A stretch of DNA of 64,000 nt. It comes from an uncultured Gemmatimonadota bacterium. GTDB lineage: Bacteria > JAAXHH01. Within the stretch, counting starts at the first letter, position 1, and every line of letters starts with the position of its first letter. The position numbers and the translations under genes are program-made. Below are positions 9,703 to 19,873 of the stretch, in pieces. A model generated the notes under the pieces. That model saw nothing but the letters and a program-made list of their open reading frames with translations, had not been told where the DNA came from and did no database searches. The stretch lies in NCBI GenBank assembly GCA_951812955.1, contig OX638340.1:2048001-2112000 (forward strand). Reading direction: 5' to 3'.

Positions 9703-11721
9703 ATGGAGGTTTGGGCATTGGCCTACGAAGTCACGGCCCGAAAGTGGCGTCCCCAGGCATTCGACGGCGTAATCGGCCAGGACCACGTCACCACCACGCT
9801 GAAAAACGCCATACAGGCCGGCCAGATCGCCCATGCTTATCTGTTCGCCGGACCGCGCGGCGTGGGAAAGACGACCACGGCCCGCATCCTGGCCAAGGCC
9901 CTGAACTGCGTCGATGGCCCCACCGTGACGCCCTGCAACGCCTGCACGTTCTGCCATGAGATCTCGGAAGGACGCAGCGTCGACGTGCTGGAAATCGACG
10001 GCGCGTCCAACAACCGGGTCGAGCAGGTTCGCTCGCACCTGCTCGAGAGCGTCAAGTACACGCCCAGCCAGGGCAAGCACAAGATCTACATCATCGATGA
10101 AGTGCACATGCTCACCAAGGAGGCCTTCAACGCGTTGTTGAAGACGCTGGAAGAGCCGCCGGCCCACGTTTACTTCATCTTCGCGACGACCGATCCCCGG
10201 AAAGTGCTCCCCACCGTGCTTTCCCGATGCCAGCGATTCGACTTCCGGCGCATATCGGGGCCCACCATCGTGGAACACCTTGCCATGATCAGCGACAAGA
10301 GCGGGTACGGCGTGCAGCGCGAGGCCCTGGCCCTGATCGCGCGGAGGGTGGACGGCAGCATGCGGGACGCCGAAAGCCTGCTGGACCAGGTCGTCGCCTT
10401 CGGCGGCTCCGGGTTGACCGCCAGCGAGGCGGCGGAGGTCCTGGGCATCGTGGATCAGGACGTCTATTTCGAGTTGCTGGACACCGTGGCGGATCAGGAC
10501 GTCCCGAAGGGGCTGGACCTGGTCGACCGGATCTTCCGCCAGGGCCACGACCTCGAAGAGATCATCCTGGGGATCCTGGAACACCTGCGCAACCTGCTCG
10601 TAGTCAAGGCGGCGCCGGAGGTGGAAGCGCTTATCGGCGATGCCGCGCTGGAGCTCGGCCGCTACAGGGAACAGGTCGAACGATTCGATACGGAAGACCT
10701 GCTCAGGCTATCGCAACTGGCTACGCAAATGGAGGAGGCCGTCAAGCAAAGCGCGCTGCCCAGGGTGCAACTCGAGACGGGTATCGTCCGCATGATACGC
10801 ATGTCGCGATCCGTGCAACTGACGGACGTTATGACTCGGCTGTCCGAAATGGCCCGGCGCGTGGGATCCCAGGAGGATGACGTCGATGCGTCCGAAGTAG
10901 CGCGTCCCGTAGGAACAAGCCCGCCCGCCATATCGCGGGATTCGTCCCCGGAAGATGATCCGCCGGCCTCACGGGACGCTACTGATTCAGCGACTTCGTC
11001 CGGCAAGACGGCCACAGCCCCGTCTTCCCGGTCTGCCGAAACCCCGTCTTCCCGGACTGCGGATCCACCGCGTGACACAGCGCCGGAAACGTCTGTTCAG
11101 GAGGTTCGCGGCCCGGCTGCATCCGCGGGATCATCGACGTCCACCACGACTGCGCCGATACTGGAACTGCGGACGGTCCAAGACCGTTGGTCCGCGGTCG
11201 TGGAAGAGGTCACCAGGCAACGAAGCGTCCTGGGGGGCCAGTTGAAGGAAGCCGAGCTTACGGGTTGGTCGCCGGCAGATCACTCCGGGTCGGGAGGACC
11301 CGCCACGATTACGCTCAGGTTCGGGCCCGGGCAGGACTTTCATAAGCAACGGACGGAAAAACGCGAAAACGCAGCGCTGATACAGTCGGTATGCTCCGAT
11401 ATCCTGGGGGTCCGGGTACGGATCGTATGCGAGATCGACGAAATCGACGCGGCGAAGGATACCGGGTCGGGAACGGATGCCGGCCTGGGAACGGACGAAG
11501 TCGAGCCGGGAACGGACCACATCAAAAACACGGCGGATGACGCCGGACCGGTCATGGACCCGCATTCCGGCATTGATGAAGATCCTTTCGGGGAACAACG
11601 GGAAAACGCGGCGACAGGCAAAACCGTCAGGCAGGCGGCAGATGCCCGCGCTGGCGCCGCGAAAGATCCGGCCGTCATGAAGATCGTCCAGGCTTTCGAC
11701 GGCCAGATTATAACGGACTGA
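9703..11721 (+). CDS. dnaX: DNA polymerase III subunits gamma/tau
   Basis: AAA+ clamp-loader motifs (GPRGVGKTT, Walker B DEVHML, SRC 'SRCQRF'); Ser/Thr/Pro-rich disordered linker in C-terminal half. Confidence 0.9.
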   Translation: MEVWALAYEVTARKWRPQAFDGVIGQDHVTTTLKNAIQAGQIAHAYLFAGPRGVGKTTTARILAKALNCVDGPTVTPCNACTFCHEISEGRSVDVLEIDGASNNRVEQVRSHLLESVKYTPSQGKHKIYIIDEVHMLTKEAFNALLKTLEEPPAHVYFIFATTDPRKVLPTVLSRCQRFDFRRISGPTIVEHLAMISDKSGYGVQREALALIARRVDGSMRDAESLLDQVVAFGGSGLTASEAAEVLGIVDQDVYFELLDTVADQDVPKGLDLVDRIFRQGHDLEEIILGILEHLRNLLVVKAAPEVEALIGDAALELGRYREQVERFDTEDLLRLSQLATQMEEAVKQSALPRVQLETGIVRMIRMSRSVQLTDVMTRLSEMARRVGSQEDDVDASEVARPVGTSPPAISRDSSPEDDPPASRDATDSATSSGKTATAPSSRSAETPSSRTADPPRDTAPETSVQEVRGPAASAGSSTSTTTAPILELRTVQDRWSAVVEEVTRQRSVLGGQLKEAELTGWSPADHSGSGGPATITLRFGPGQDFHKQRTEKRENAALIQSVCSDILGVRVRIVCEIDEIDAAKDTGSGTDAGLGTDEVEPGTDHIKNTADDAGPVMDPHSGIDEDPFGEQRENAATGKTVRQAADARAGAAKDPAVMKIVQAFDGQIITD

Positions 11722-11765
11722 AACCCGTCAGGGGCAACCGGGCGTGTAAAGGAAAGGATGAGGTT

Positions 11766-12083
11766 ATGGCAAAAGGCATGTCGGGCATGATGAAGCGCGT
11801 TCAGAGAATGCAGAAGAAGATGATGCAGCTTCAAGAAGAAATCGCCGGGCGCCGGGTCGAAGGCACGGCCGGCGGCGGCATGGTCACCGCGGTGGTCGAC
11901 GGCAAGCTGAACGTCGTTGAGCTCAGGATCGATCCGGCCGTGGTGGACGCCGATGACGTGGGGATGCTTGAGGATCTCGTACTGGCTGCCGTCAGCCAGG
12001 GTCAGCAGAAGGCGCAGGAAATGATGGATCAGGAGATGGGCCAGATCACCGGCGGACTCAACTTACCCGGCCTGGGTCAGTAA
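11766..12083 (+). CDS. ybaB: nucleoid-associated protein YbaB/EbfC
   Basis: 105 aa, canonical YbaB sequence and dnaX-ybaB-recR synteny. Confidence 0.9.
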   Translation: MAKGMSGMMKRVQRMQKKMMQLQEEIAGRRVEGTAGGGMVTAVVDGKLNVVELRIDPAVVDADDVGMLEDLVLAAVSQGQQKAQEMMDQEMGQITGGLNLPGLGQ

Positions 12084-12139
12084 CGCCCCGTCACGCGGCG
12101 TACCACTGAACCCGGCACAACGCATCAGGAATCGAAAGC

Positions 12140-12742
12140 ATGGCGCGCAAGTACAGTTCCGAGGCCCTGGCCATCCTGGTGGACGAACTGAGCCGCCTGC
12201 CCAACATCGGCAGGGTGACGGCCCAGCGGCTGGCCTTCCATATTCTGAAGGGACCGGCCGAACGCGCCTTCTCGTTGTCCGACGCCATTCGGGCGGTAAA
12301 GGAAAGGGTCCGGTACTGCGACGTGTGCTGGAACATCACCGAGTCCGAGACCTGCGAGATCTGTCACGACGCCCGGCGAAAACCGGAGACCATCTGCGTC
12401 GTGGAAGAACCACGGGACGTAATTACGCTCGAAAGCACCGGTGAGTACCGCGGCCTGTACCACGTGCTCCACGGCGCGCTTTCGCCTCTCGACAACATCA
12501 CCCCGGATGACATACGCGCCCGGGAGCTCATGCAGCGTATGGGCGAATCGGTGGAGGAGGTTATCATCGCGACCAATCCCAATATCGAGGGAGAGGCCAC
12601 CGCGCTCTACCTGAGCCGCCTGATCAAACCGCTGGGCGTACGGGTTACCCGCCTCGCCCGCGGTCTTCCCATGGGAGGCGATCTGGAATACGCCGACGAA
12701 GTGACCCTGGCCCGCGCCCTGGAAGGCCGTACAGAGTTGTAA
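12140..12742 (+). CDS. recR: recombination protein RecR
   Basis: HhH motif, C4 zinc finger (CxxC...CxxC), Toprim domain; conserved synteny. Confidence 0.9.
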   Translation: MARKYSSEALAILVDELSRLPNIGRVTAQRLAFHILKGPAERAFSLSDAIRAVKERVRYCDVCWNITESETCEICHDARRKPETICVVEEPRDVITLESTGEYRGLYHVLHGALSPLDNITPDDIRARELMQRMGESVEEVIIATNPNIEGEATALYLSRLIKPLGVRVTRLARGLPMGGDLEYADEVTLARALEGRTEL

Positions 12743-12793
12743 CACGGAACAGTATCGCGATCGCCGGACCGATCCGCCGATCCTCATACCGCC

Positions 12794-13378
12794 ATGAATC
12801 TGCCAAACAAACTGACCATATTCCGGATCATCCTGAGTCCCATCTTCATGGTCTTCTTCCTGGTGGATACATTGTATACGCGGTATATCGCCCTGGTGAT
12901 CTTCATGATCGCTTCGCTGACGGACCTGTACGACGGCTACCTGGCGCGGAAGACCGGCGTGATCACCAGTTTCGGCAAGTTCATGGACCCCCTGGCGGAC
13001 AAGATCCTCACGTCCACCGCCCTGATCTGCTTCGCGTCCCTCGGATACATCTACACCTGGATGGTCCTGGTCATCATCGGGAGAGACTTCATCGTGACCG
13101 GCCTGCGATGCATCGCGGCGTACCGGGGGCAGCTCATCCTGCCGACCCAGGTCGCCAAGTGGAAGACCGCTTCGCAGATGGTGGTCATCGTGATCATCCT
13201 GCTCTACATCAACGTCCAGACGACCATGGTCGCCTTCGGACAGTGGAACGGGGAGTTCGACGATATCGCCTGGTGGGTCCTCAACGGCATGGTTTTCGTC
13301 TCCATGTCGCTCACGGTCAGTTCCGGCCTCGATTACGTCGTCAAGAACCGGTCGATCTTCACCAGTCTGCTGAGGTAG
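12794..13378 (+). CDS. pgsA: CDP-diacylglycerol--glycerol-3-phosphate 3-phosphatidyltransferase
   Basis: CDP-alcohol phosphatidyltransferase motif 'DLYDGYLAR...G...DPLADK'; multi-TM. Confidence 0.85.
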   Translation: MNLPNKLTIFRIILSPIFMVFFLVDTLYTRYIALVIFMIASLTDLYDGYLARKTGVITSFGKFMDPLADKILTSTALICFASLGYIYTWMVLVIIGRDFIVTGLRCIAAYRGQLILPTQVAKWKTASQMVVIVIILLYINVQTTMVAFGQWNGEFDDIAWWVLNGMVFVSMSLTVSSGLDYVVKNRSIFTSLLR

Positions 13379-13380
13379 GA

Positions 13381-13836
13381 ATGGGCGCATTGATCATCCT
13401 GCTGTCGACCGGATGTTACGCCGGCTACACGCCGCGCGCGCCCGGCACGGCGGGGAGCGTGCTGGGAGTCGGACTGGTCTGGATACTTGCCGGACCGCTC
13501 GGGCTGACCCTCCCGTACTACCTGCTGGCCACCGCGGTCCTGTTCGTCCTCGGCGTCTGGGTATCGAGCCACGCGGAACCCCGGTTCGGCCACGACGGGC
13601 CCGAGATCGTAATCGACGAAATCGTGGGCGTCCTGATCGTCTTCGCCGGCATGCCGATCGATCTTTGGACGGTGGTTGCGGGCTTCGTCCTGTTTCGTGT
13701 CCTGGACATATGGAAACCATTCCCCTGCGACCGGATGCAGCGCCTCCCCGCCGGGCTTGGGGTCATGATGGACGACGCCGTGGCCGCGGTCTACGCCCAT
13801 CTCCTGTTATTGCTCATTGGATGGCTCGTTATATGA
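13381..13836 (+). CDS. pgpA: phosphatidylglycerophosphatase A
   Basis: 151 aa membrane protein, PgpA-like; starts 3 nt after pgsA stop. Confidence 0.75.
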   Translation: MGALIILLSTGCYAGYTPRAPGTAGSVLGVGLVWILAGPLGLTLPYYLLATAVLFVLGVWVSSHAEPRFGHDGPEIVIDEIVGVLIVFAGMPIDLWTVVAGFVLFRVLDIWKPFPCDRMQRLPAGLGVMMDDAVAAVYAHLLLLLIGWLVI

Positions 13837-15101
13837 AATCCGCCGCGATCATCACGATCGGCGACGAACTGCTCTACGGTTCCGTGGTCGACACCAACGC
13901 CGCCTACATCGGCCAGCGCCTGACGGAAACCGGTATCGAACCGGTCTTTTCCATAACCGTGGGCGACGAGGGTTCCCGCATCGGCGGGGCCCTGGAAGTC
14001 GCGTGCCGGCAGGCGGACGCCGTGCTCGTAACGGGCGGCCTGGGGCCGACCCACGACGATGTGACCAAGACCGTAATCGCCGAAGCAATCGGTCAGGACC
14101 TGGTGTTTCATCCCGATATACTCGAAACCGTGGAAAGCATGTTCACCCGGCGGGGCATGGCCATGCCGGAATCGAACCGCATCCAGGCCTACATGCCAAG
14201 GCACGCCGAGGTGCTCGACAATCCCGTCGGCACGGCACCCGGCTTTCTTGCGCACCATCACGGGACCGCTGTCTTCGTCATGCCGGGCGTTCCCCGCGAG
14301 ATGAAGCAGATGCTGAACGAACAGGTGCTGCCGCGGTTGAGGGACAAAGGCGCTGGCAGGGTCATCCTGCACCGGTGGATCCGAACGACCGGAATCGGCG
14401 AATCGAGCCTTACCCAGATCATCGGCGATGTCATCGATGAGGCCAAGGACGTAAAGATAGCTTCCCTGCCCCAGGAGACCGGCGTCAACTTCCGTCTCAC
14501 GGCCGAGGGCCGCACCGGGGACGAAGCCAGGCGGCGTATCGAAGCCGTCGAAACCCGGATGGTCTCCCGGGCCGGCGAACACATATACGGCGTGGACGAC
14601 GATACGCTCGAGGAAGTGGTTGGACGTCTGTTGAAGGACGCGGGCGCAACGGTGGCGGTCGCCGAGTCCTGCACCGGCGGCCTCGTGGCATCCCGCATGA
14701 CCGACGTGCCGGGCAGTTCCGATTACCTGAAGGAAGGGGTCGTATCCTATAGCAACGCCGCGAAAATGGCGCGCCTCGAGGTGCCCGTCGGGACGATCGA
14801 CCGGTACGGCGCGGTCAGCGCGGAAACGGCGGCCGCCATGGCCACGGGTATCCGGCAGACCAGCGGCGCCACTTACGGCCTGTCCACGACCGGCGTAGCA
14901 GGACCCGGCGGCGGAACCCCCGAGAAGCCTGTGGGACTGGTCTACCTGGGACTCGCTACTGCGGACGGCGTGGAGACGCGTAAACTCTTGCTGGGTCCGG
15001 ACCGGCATGTCAACAAGACGCGAGCCGCCCTGGCCGCCCTGAATCTGCTGCGGCAGGCGCTGACCCGCGCAGCCAGTACAAATCAGCTTCCGGGGAACTG
15101 A
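13833..15101 (+). CDS. cinA: CinA family competence/damage-inducible protein (N-terminal MoCF-binding-like domain plus C-terminal PncC NMN deamidase domain)
   Basis: 422 aa; ATGA overlap with pgpA; both CinA domains recognisable. Confidence 0.85.
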   Translation: MKSAAIITIGDELLYGSVVDTNAAYIGQRLTETGIEPVFSITVGDEGSRIGGALEVACRQADAVLVTGGLGPTHDDVTKTVIAEAIGQDLVFHPDILETVESMFTRRGMAMPESNRIQAYMPRHAEVLDNPVGTAPGFLAHHHGTAVFVMPGVPREMKQMLNEQVLPRLRDKGAGRVILHRWIRTTGIGESSLTQIIGDVIDEAKDVKIASLPQETGVNFRLTAEGRTGDEARRRIEAVETRMVSRAGEHIYGVDDDTLEEVVGRLLKDAGATVAVAESCTGGLVASRMTDVPGSSDYLKEGVVSYSNAAKMARLEVPVGTIDRYGAVSAETAAAMATGIRQTSGATYGLSTTGVAGPGGGTPEKPVGLVYLGLATADGVETRKLLLGPDRHVNKTRAALAALNLLRQALTRAASTNQLPGN

Positions 15102-15131
15102 ATGCCCGGCCGCACTGTAGAAAGGCTACCG

Positions 15132-15686
15132 ATGCGCACGTTCATCGCCGTGGAAGTTCCGGCTGCAATCAGGGACCGTATCGCGGAACTTGAAAATCGA
15201 CTGAAAGGGACGGAGACCGATATCAAGTGGGTCGAACCGGGGAATATCCACATTACGCTGAAGTTCCTGGGCAACATCGAGACGGACCAGTCGGCGGTGA
15301 TCCGGAATGGACTGTGTTCGGCGCTGGATGCCATCGACTCATTCGACTTGAAGCTGGGGCGCGTAGGCGCATTCCCGGATTTGAACCGCCCCCGCGTCTT
15401 CTGGGTTTCCGTCGATGAAGGCCGGGAGGAACTGACCGCCATGCAGCAGTGCATCGAAAGCGAATTGCACGCCTGCGGCTTCGTTCGGGAGGAAAGACCC
15501 TTTTCGCCGCACCTGACCATCGGAAGGGTTCGGTCGCCAAAGGGTCTGGCCAAACTCACCGAAAGGGTCCAGGCGACGACCTTCGAGACCGAACCGTTTC
15601 CGGTGACTCGAGTGGCAGTCGTGAAGAGCGACCTGAAACCGGACGGACCGATCTACACGGTCATCGATCACGTAGAGCTGGGATGA
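15132..15686 (+). CDS. thpR: RNA 2',3'-cyclic phosphodiesterase (2'-5' RNA ligase LigT/ThpR family)
   Basis: two H-x-T-x motifs ('HITLKFLG', 'HLTIGRV'); alternative upstream ATG at 15102. Confidence 0.8.
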   Translation: MRTFIAVEVPAAIRDRIAELENRLKGTETDIKWVEPGNIHITLKFLGNIETDQSAVIRNGLCSALDAIDSFDLKLGRVGAFPDLNRPRVFWVSVDEGREELTAMQQCIESELHACGFVREERPFSPHLTIGRVRSPKGLAKLTERVQATTFETEPFPVTRVAVVKSDLKPDGPIYTVIDHVELG

Positions 15687-16348
15687 ATATGCCGACCGTT
15701 ACGGACATCAGCGCCAGAGGCAGCGGCAGACGCCGGGAACGCAAGGTCACGATCGACGGCGAACGCACCTTGACGATCACGGAAGAAACCTTCCTCCGGT
15801 TTGGACTTTTCGACGGGCTGGCAATGGACCCGGAACGGCTGCAGGAAATGGAACTGGCCGACGGCGTCGCCCGCGCCATGACGGAAGCCCACCGGCTCAT
15901 CGACCATCGTATGCGGACCCGCCGCGAACTGACGGTTAAACTCAGATCCCGCGGCCGGCCGGAGGACGTCATCGAGGAGGTTATGGACCGGCTCGAGAAC
16001 GTGGGACTCATCGACGATGGACGTTTCGCCCGGCTGTGGATCGACGAACGGCTTCGGAAAAGGCCGGTCGGACTATCCCTGCTGCGCCGCGAGTTACGTC
16101 AGAAGGGGATCGACGCCGAGATCGTCGAAGCCGCCCTGGAGGAAAGTGCATCCGGCGAAGGGGAAACCAGCCGGGCCTACGAGGCACTGCGTCGACAGGC
16201 CCATCGCTATGCCCGGCTGGACCGCGACGCGGCCCACCGCCGCATGGTCGCATTCCTGGGAAGGCGGGGGTTCGGGCAGGCCGTGATCTACAGCGTCGTC
16301 CACCGCGTACTGGACGAGATAGACGAAATAGAGGAATCCGAAAATTGA
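15683..16348 (+). CDS. recX: RecX family regulatory protein
   Basis: helical repeat protein with RecX-like sequence; located where recA-recX normally follows cinA, but no recA is present. Confidence 0.7.
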   Translation: MNMPTVTDISARGSGRRRERKVTIDGERTLTITEETFLRFGLFDGLAMDPERLQEMELADGVARAMTEAHRLIDHRMRTRRELTVKLRSRGRPEDVIEEVMDRLENVGLIDDGRFARLWIDERLRKRPVGLSLLRRELRQKGIDAEIVEAALEESASGEGETSRAYEALRRQAHRYARLDRDAAHRRMVAFLGRRGFGQAVIYSVVHRVLDEIDEIEESEN

Positions 16349-18975
16349 CCGGAACCGAACTGCGCAAATCGTTTACGGGTTTTTTCGCCGACCGTGACCA
16401 CACCGTCGTCCCGAGCGCCAGCGTGGTACCCTGGGACGATCCTACCCTGCTGTTCACCAACGCAGGGATGAACCAGTTCAAGGACGTATTCCTGGGACAG
16501 AGCACCCGCGACTACGTGCGCGCGGTGGATTTCCAGAAATGCATCCGGGCCGGCGGCAAGCACAACGACCTCGAGGACGTGGGCAGGTCGCCCATCCACC
16601 AGACCTTCTTCGAGATGCTCGGCAACTGGTCCTTCGGAGACTACTACAAGGAAGAGGCCATCGTCTGGGCCTGGGAACTGCTGACCGAAGAATGGAAATT
16701 GTCCCCCGACCTGCTCTGGGCGACCGTGTTCCGGGAGGACGTCGAATCCGAGCAGCTCTGGAAGCGGCACACCGGCGTGGCGGCCGACCGGATCCTGAGA
16801 TTCGACGAGAAAGACAACTTCTGGGAGATGGGCGAGACCGGTCCGTGCGGGCCCAACTCCGAAATCCACTATGACCGGGGACCGGAACGCTGTGATTTGA
16901 AAGGCGATCCGGACCACATCTGCGAGGTTAACGGGGACTGCAAGCGGTTCGTGGAGATCTGGAACCTGGTCTTCATACAGTATGACCGGGGAACCGACGG
17001 CGTGCTGACGCCTCTGCCTGCCCGGCACGTTGACACTGGAATGGGATTCGAGCGCATGCTCAGCATATTCCAGGACGTGGATACGAATTACGAGACCGAC
17101 GTGTTCCAGCCGCTGATGGACCACATCGGCGCATTGTCGGAACGGCCCCGCATGGAAGAGGATACGGCCATGGCCTACCGCGTGGTCGCGGATCACATCC
17201 GCGCCCTTACTTTCGCCATTGCCGACGGCGTCCTGCCCTCCAACGATGGCCGGGGCTACGTGCTGCGCCGGATTCTGCGCCGTGCGTCGCGGTATGGCCG
17301 CACGCTGGGTCTTTCCAGACCCTTCCTGTATCGACTTGTGCCTACGCTGACGGAACAGATGGGCGAGGCGTACCCGGAACTCCCGGCCGCTCGTGAAAAA
17401 GTGGAGACGGTGGTCCAGTCCGAGGAAGTGGCCTTCGGCCGCACACTGGACCACGGAATCGAACTCTTCGAGGACATGGCGGAGCGGGCGGATGCCGAAG
17501 GACGCAGTGAGGTCCGGGGCGACGAGGCCTTCAAACTGTACGATACCTACGGCTTTCCCCTGGACCTGACGCAGTTGATGGCCGACGAAAAGGACCTGAC
17601 CGTGGACCTGGCCGGTTTCGAGACGGAAATGGCGCAGCAGCGGGCAAGGTCGAGGACATCTGGAACGACTTTCAGTGGCGAATCAATAGTAGGTGGCGGT
17701 CTTGCGGCCGAACGCCCTACGGAATTCGTCGGAGATGAGATGCTCTCCGTCGACAAGACCAGGGTGGAGGCGTGTGAGAACGGTTCCGTCGTCCTGACCA
17801 GCACCCCGTTCTACGGCGAATCGGGCGGACAGGTGGGCGACACAGGCTGGCTGGAGACGAAGGCGGGAGATCGGATCGCCGTGCGGGACACCACGCGGGT
17901 CGGCGACACAATCATCCACCACTGCGATCCTGACAGCGCCGCCCGTCTCGAACCCGGCATGGTCGTCGCCGCGCAAGTCGATGACGCGCGCAGGCAGGCC
18001 ATCATGCGTAACCACACGGCCACCCACTTGCTGCACGCCGTGCTGCGGGAGACCCTGGGCGCCCACGTGGAACAGCGAGGCTCCGTGGTCGCGCCCGACC
18101 GTCTTAGATTCGACTTCGCCCATTTCAAACCGGTAGACCCCGACGAACTGAACGCCATCGAACGCAGGGTCAACGAGTTGATCTGGGAAAACATCGGCGT
18201 CGAACCGTTCGAAACCGACCTGGAAGACGCCAGAAGCCAGGGCGCCATGGCGCTTTTCACGGAGAAGTACGAAGACAGGGTACGCGTGGTGCGCATCGGA
18301 GACGCGAGCCTTGAACTGTGCGGCGGCACGCACCTCGACGCCACGGGAGAGATCGGGTTGTTCCGGCTGGTCCGTGAATCGGGCATCTCTGCCGGCGTGC
18401 GGCGGGTGGAGGCCCTGACCGGCGCCGGCGCCTACGAAACCGTAAAGCGAGACGAAGGACTCGTCGCGGGAGCCGCGGAGGCCCTCAAGAGCGAGCCGGA
18501 GGACCTGTTGAAAAGAGCCGGCGACCTGAATGCGCGGGTCCGCGAACTGGAACGTCACATCAGGGAAATGGGCCGTTCCGCGGCACAGAACTGGGCCGAT
18601 GGCCTGGTCGACGGGGCCGTTGACGCGGACGGCGTCTCCGTGGCCGCCGGTCGCGTGGAATGCCCGGACATCGACACCCTCCGCGCCATGGGAGACACGT
18701 TGCGCGCGCGCCTTTCCGACGCCGCGGTGGGCGTACTCTTCGCGAGCTTCGAGGACCGGCCCGTCTGCATCGTCGTGGTGACAGATGGTGCGATCTCCGG
18801 ACACGGCCTGCACGCGGGCAGACTGGCGCGGGACGTGGCCGCCTTCATCGGCGGCGGTGGCGGCGGGAAAGCGCACATGGCGCAGGCCGGCGGAAAAGAC
18901 GCGTCCCGGATCGACGAAGCCGTCACCCGTGCCGCCGGGGTCGTTGAGAACCACCTGCGGACCGCCGGGCAATGA
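16345..18975 (+). CDS. alaS: alanine--tRNA ligase
   Basis: 876 aa; class II aaRS motifs, editing domain (HxxxH...CGGTH), C-terminal DHHA1; probable TTG start overlapping recX stop (TTGA). Confidence 0.9.
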   Translation: MTGTELRKSFTGFFADRDHTVVPSASVVPWDDPTLLFTNAGMNQFKDVFLGQSTRDYVRAVDFQKCIRAGGKHNDLEDVGRSPIHQTFFEMLGNWSFGDYYKEEAIVWAWELLTEEWKLSPDLLWATVFREDVESEQLWKRHTGVAADRILRFDEKDNFWEMGETGPCGPNSEIHYDRGPERCDLKGDPDHICEVNGDCKRFVEIWNLVFIQYDRGTDGVLTPLPARHVDTGMGFERMLSIFQDVDTNYETDVFQPLMDHIGALSERPRMEEDTAMAYRVVADHIRALTFAIADGVLPSNDGRGYVLRRILRRASRYGRTLGLSRPFLYRLVPTLTEQMGEAYPELPAAREKVETVVQSEEVAFGRTLDHGIELFEDMAERADAEGRSEVRGDEAFKLYDTYGFPLDLTQLMADEKDLTVDLAGFETEMAQQRARSRTSGTTFSGESIVGGGLAAERPTEFVGDEMLSVDKTRVEACENGSVVLTSTPFYGESGGQVGDTGWLETKAGDRIAVRDTTRVGDTIIHHCDPDSAARLEPGMVVAAQVDDARRQAIMRNHTATHLLHAVLRETLGAHVEQRGSVVAPDRLRFDFAHFKPVDPDELNAIERRVNELIWENIGVEPFETDLEDARSQGAMALFTEKYEDRVRVVRIGDASLELCGGTHLDATGEIGLFRLVRESGISAGVRRVEALTGAGAYETVKRDEGLVAGAAEALKSEPEDLLKRAGDLNARVRELERHIREMGRSAAQNWADGLVDGAVDADGVSVAAGRVECPDIDTLRAMGDTLRARLSDAAVGVLFASFEDRPVCIVVVTDGAISGHGLHAGRLARDVAAFIGGGGGGKAHMAQAGGKDASRIDEAVTRAAGVVENHLRTAGQ

Positions 18976-18988
18976 TCGGCTCGAATAC

Positions 18989-19873
18989 ATGCGCATTCTC
19001 ATAACCGGCGCCCGTGGACAACTGGGTACGGACCTGCAGCGTTCACTGACGGATCACGAGTTGATACCGTGCACACGCGACGAGCTCGACGTCACGGAGA
19101 AACACCGTGTGTACGCCCTGCTGAAGGACCACCGGCCCGATGCGGTGATTAACGCCGCGGCGTACCACCGGGTCGACGAGTGCGAGTCCCATCCCGACAA
19201 GACATTTACCGTCAATGCCTTCGGTCCCTGGCACCTGGCCATGGCATGCCGCATGTACGCGGCGAAACTGGTGCACATCAGCACGAATTTCGTGTTCGAC
19301 GGCACGGCGGACAGGCCGTACCGGGAAGATGACCTGCCCCTGCCGCTGAACGTATACGGCACGGCCAAGCTGTCCGGCGAGCATTTGGTACGGTCGACCT
19401 GGGACCGTCATTTCATCATCCGGACCACCGGCCTGTTCGGACATTCCGGCGGTGGTGGCAAAGGGTACAATTTCGTCGAGGCCATGATCCGGGCGGGGAT
19501 GGAAAGACGGGAAGTGGTCGTGGTTAGCGACCAGGTGATGTCGCCCACGGCGACGGCGGACCTGGCCAGGACACTCGGGGAACTCGTCACAACCGATACC
19601 TACGGCACCTACCACGTCACCAGTGGCGGCGCGTGCTCCTACTTCGACTTCGCGCGGACCATCTTCCAGAAAACAGGAATAGAAACTGCAGTGAAACCCA
19701 CGTCCACCGAATCGTACGGCGCGCCGGCCGCCCGTCCCCTGTATACCGTACTGGACAACGGCCGGATCCGGTCCCTGGGCATCGCGGAGATGCCCCCGTG
19801 GGAAGACGCCCTGGACGACTACCTGGCGCGACGGGCCGGTCATGGCGAAGAAGCGATCGGCAGGATCCCATGA
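18989..19873 (+). CDS. RmlD-like NAD(P)-dependent sugar nucleotide 4-reductase (dTDP-4-dehydrorhamnose reductase family)
   Basis: N-terminal 'ILITGARGQLG' Rossmann motif, YxxxK catalytic pair ('YGTAKLSGE'); RmlD-family length and sequence. Confidence 0.8.
   Translation: MRILITGARGQLGTDLQRSLTDHELIPCTRDELDVTEKHRVYALLKDHRPDAVINAAAYHRVDECESHPDKTFTVNAFGPWHLAMACRMYAAKLVHISTNFVFDGTADRPYREDDLPLPLNVYGTAKLSGEHLVRSTWDRHFIIRTTGLFGHSGGGGKGYNFVEAMIRAGMERREVVVVSDQVMSPTATADLARTLGELVTTDTYGTYHVTSGGACSYFDFARTIFQKTGIETAVKPTSTESYGAPAARPLYTVLDNGRIRSLGIAEMPPWEDALDDYLARRAGHGEEAIGRIP

Noticed and set aside
9703-11721. Programmed -1 frameshift site (A AAA AAG) in dnaX for the gamma subunit
   Set aside because: No AAAAAAG heptamer or an obvious downstream hairpin was found by eye in the gene. 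Gamma may not be made, or may be made another way.
16288-19002. Long minus-strand ORFs (16288..17454, 17683..19002) antisense to alaS
   Set aside because: alaS on the + strand is full length with class II and editing motifs. The antisense ORFs are GC-artefacts.
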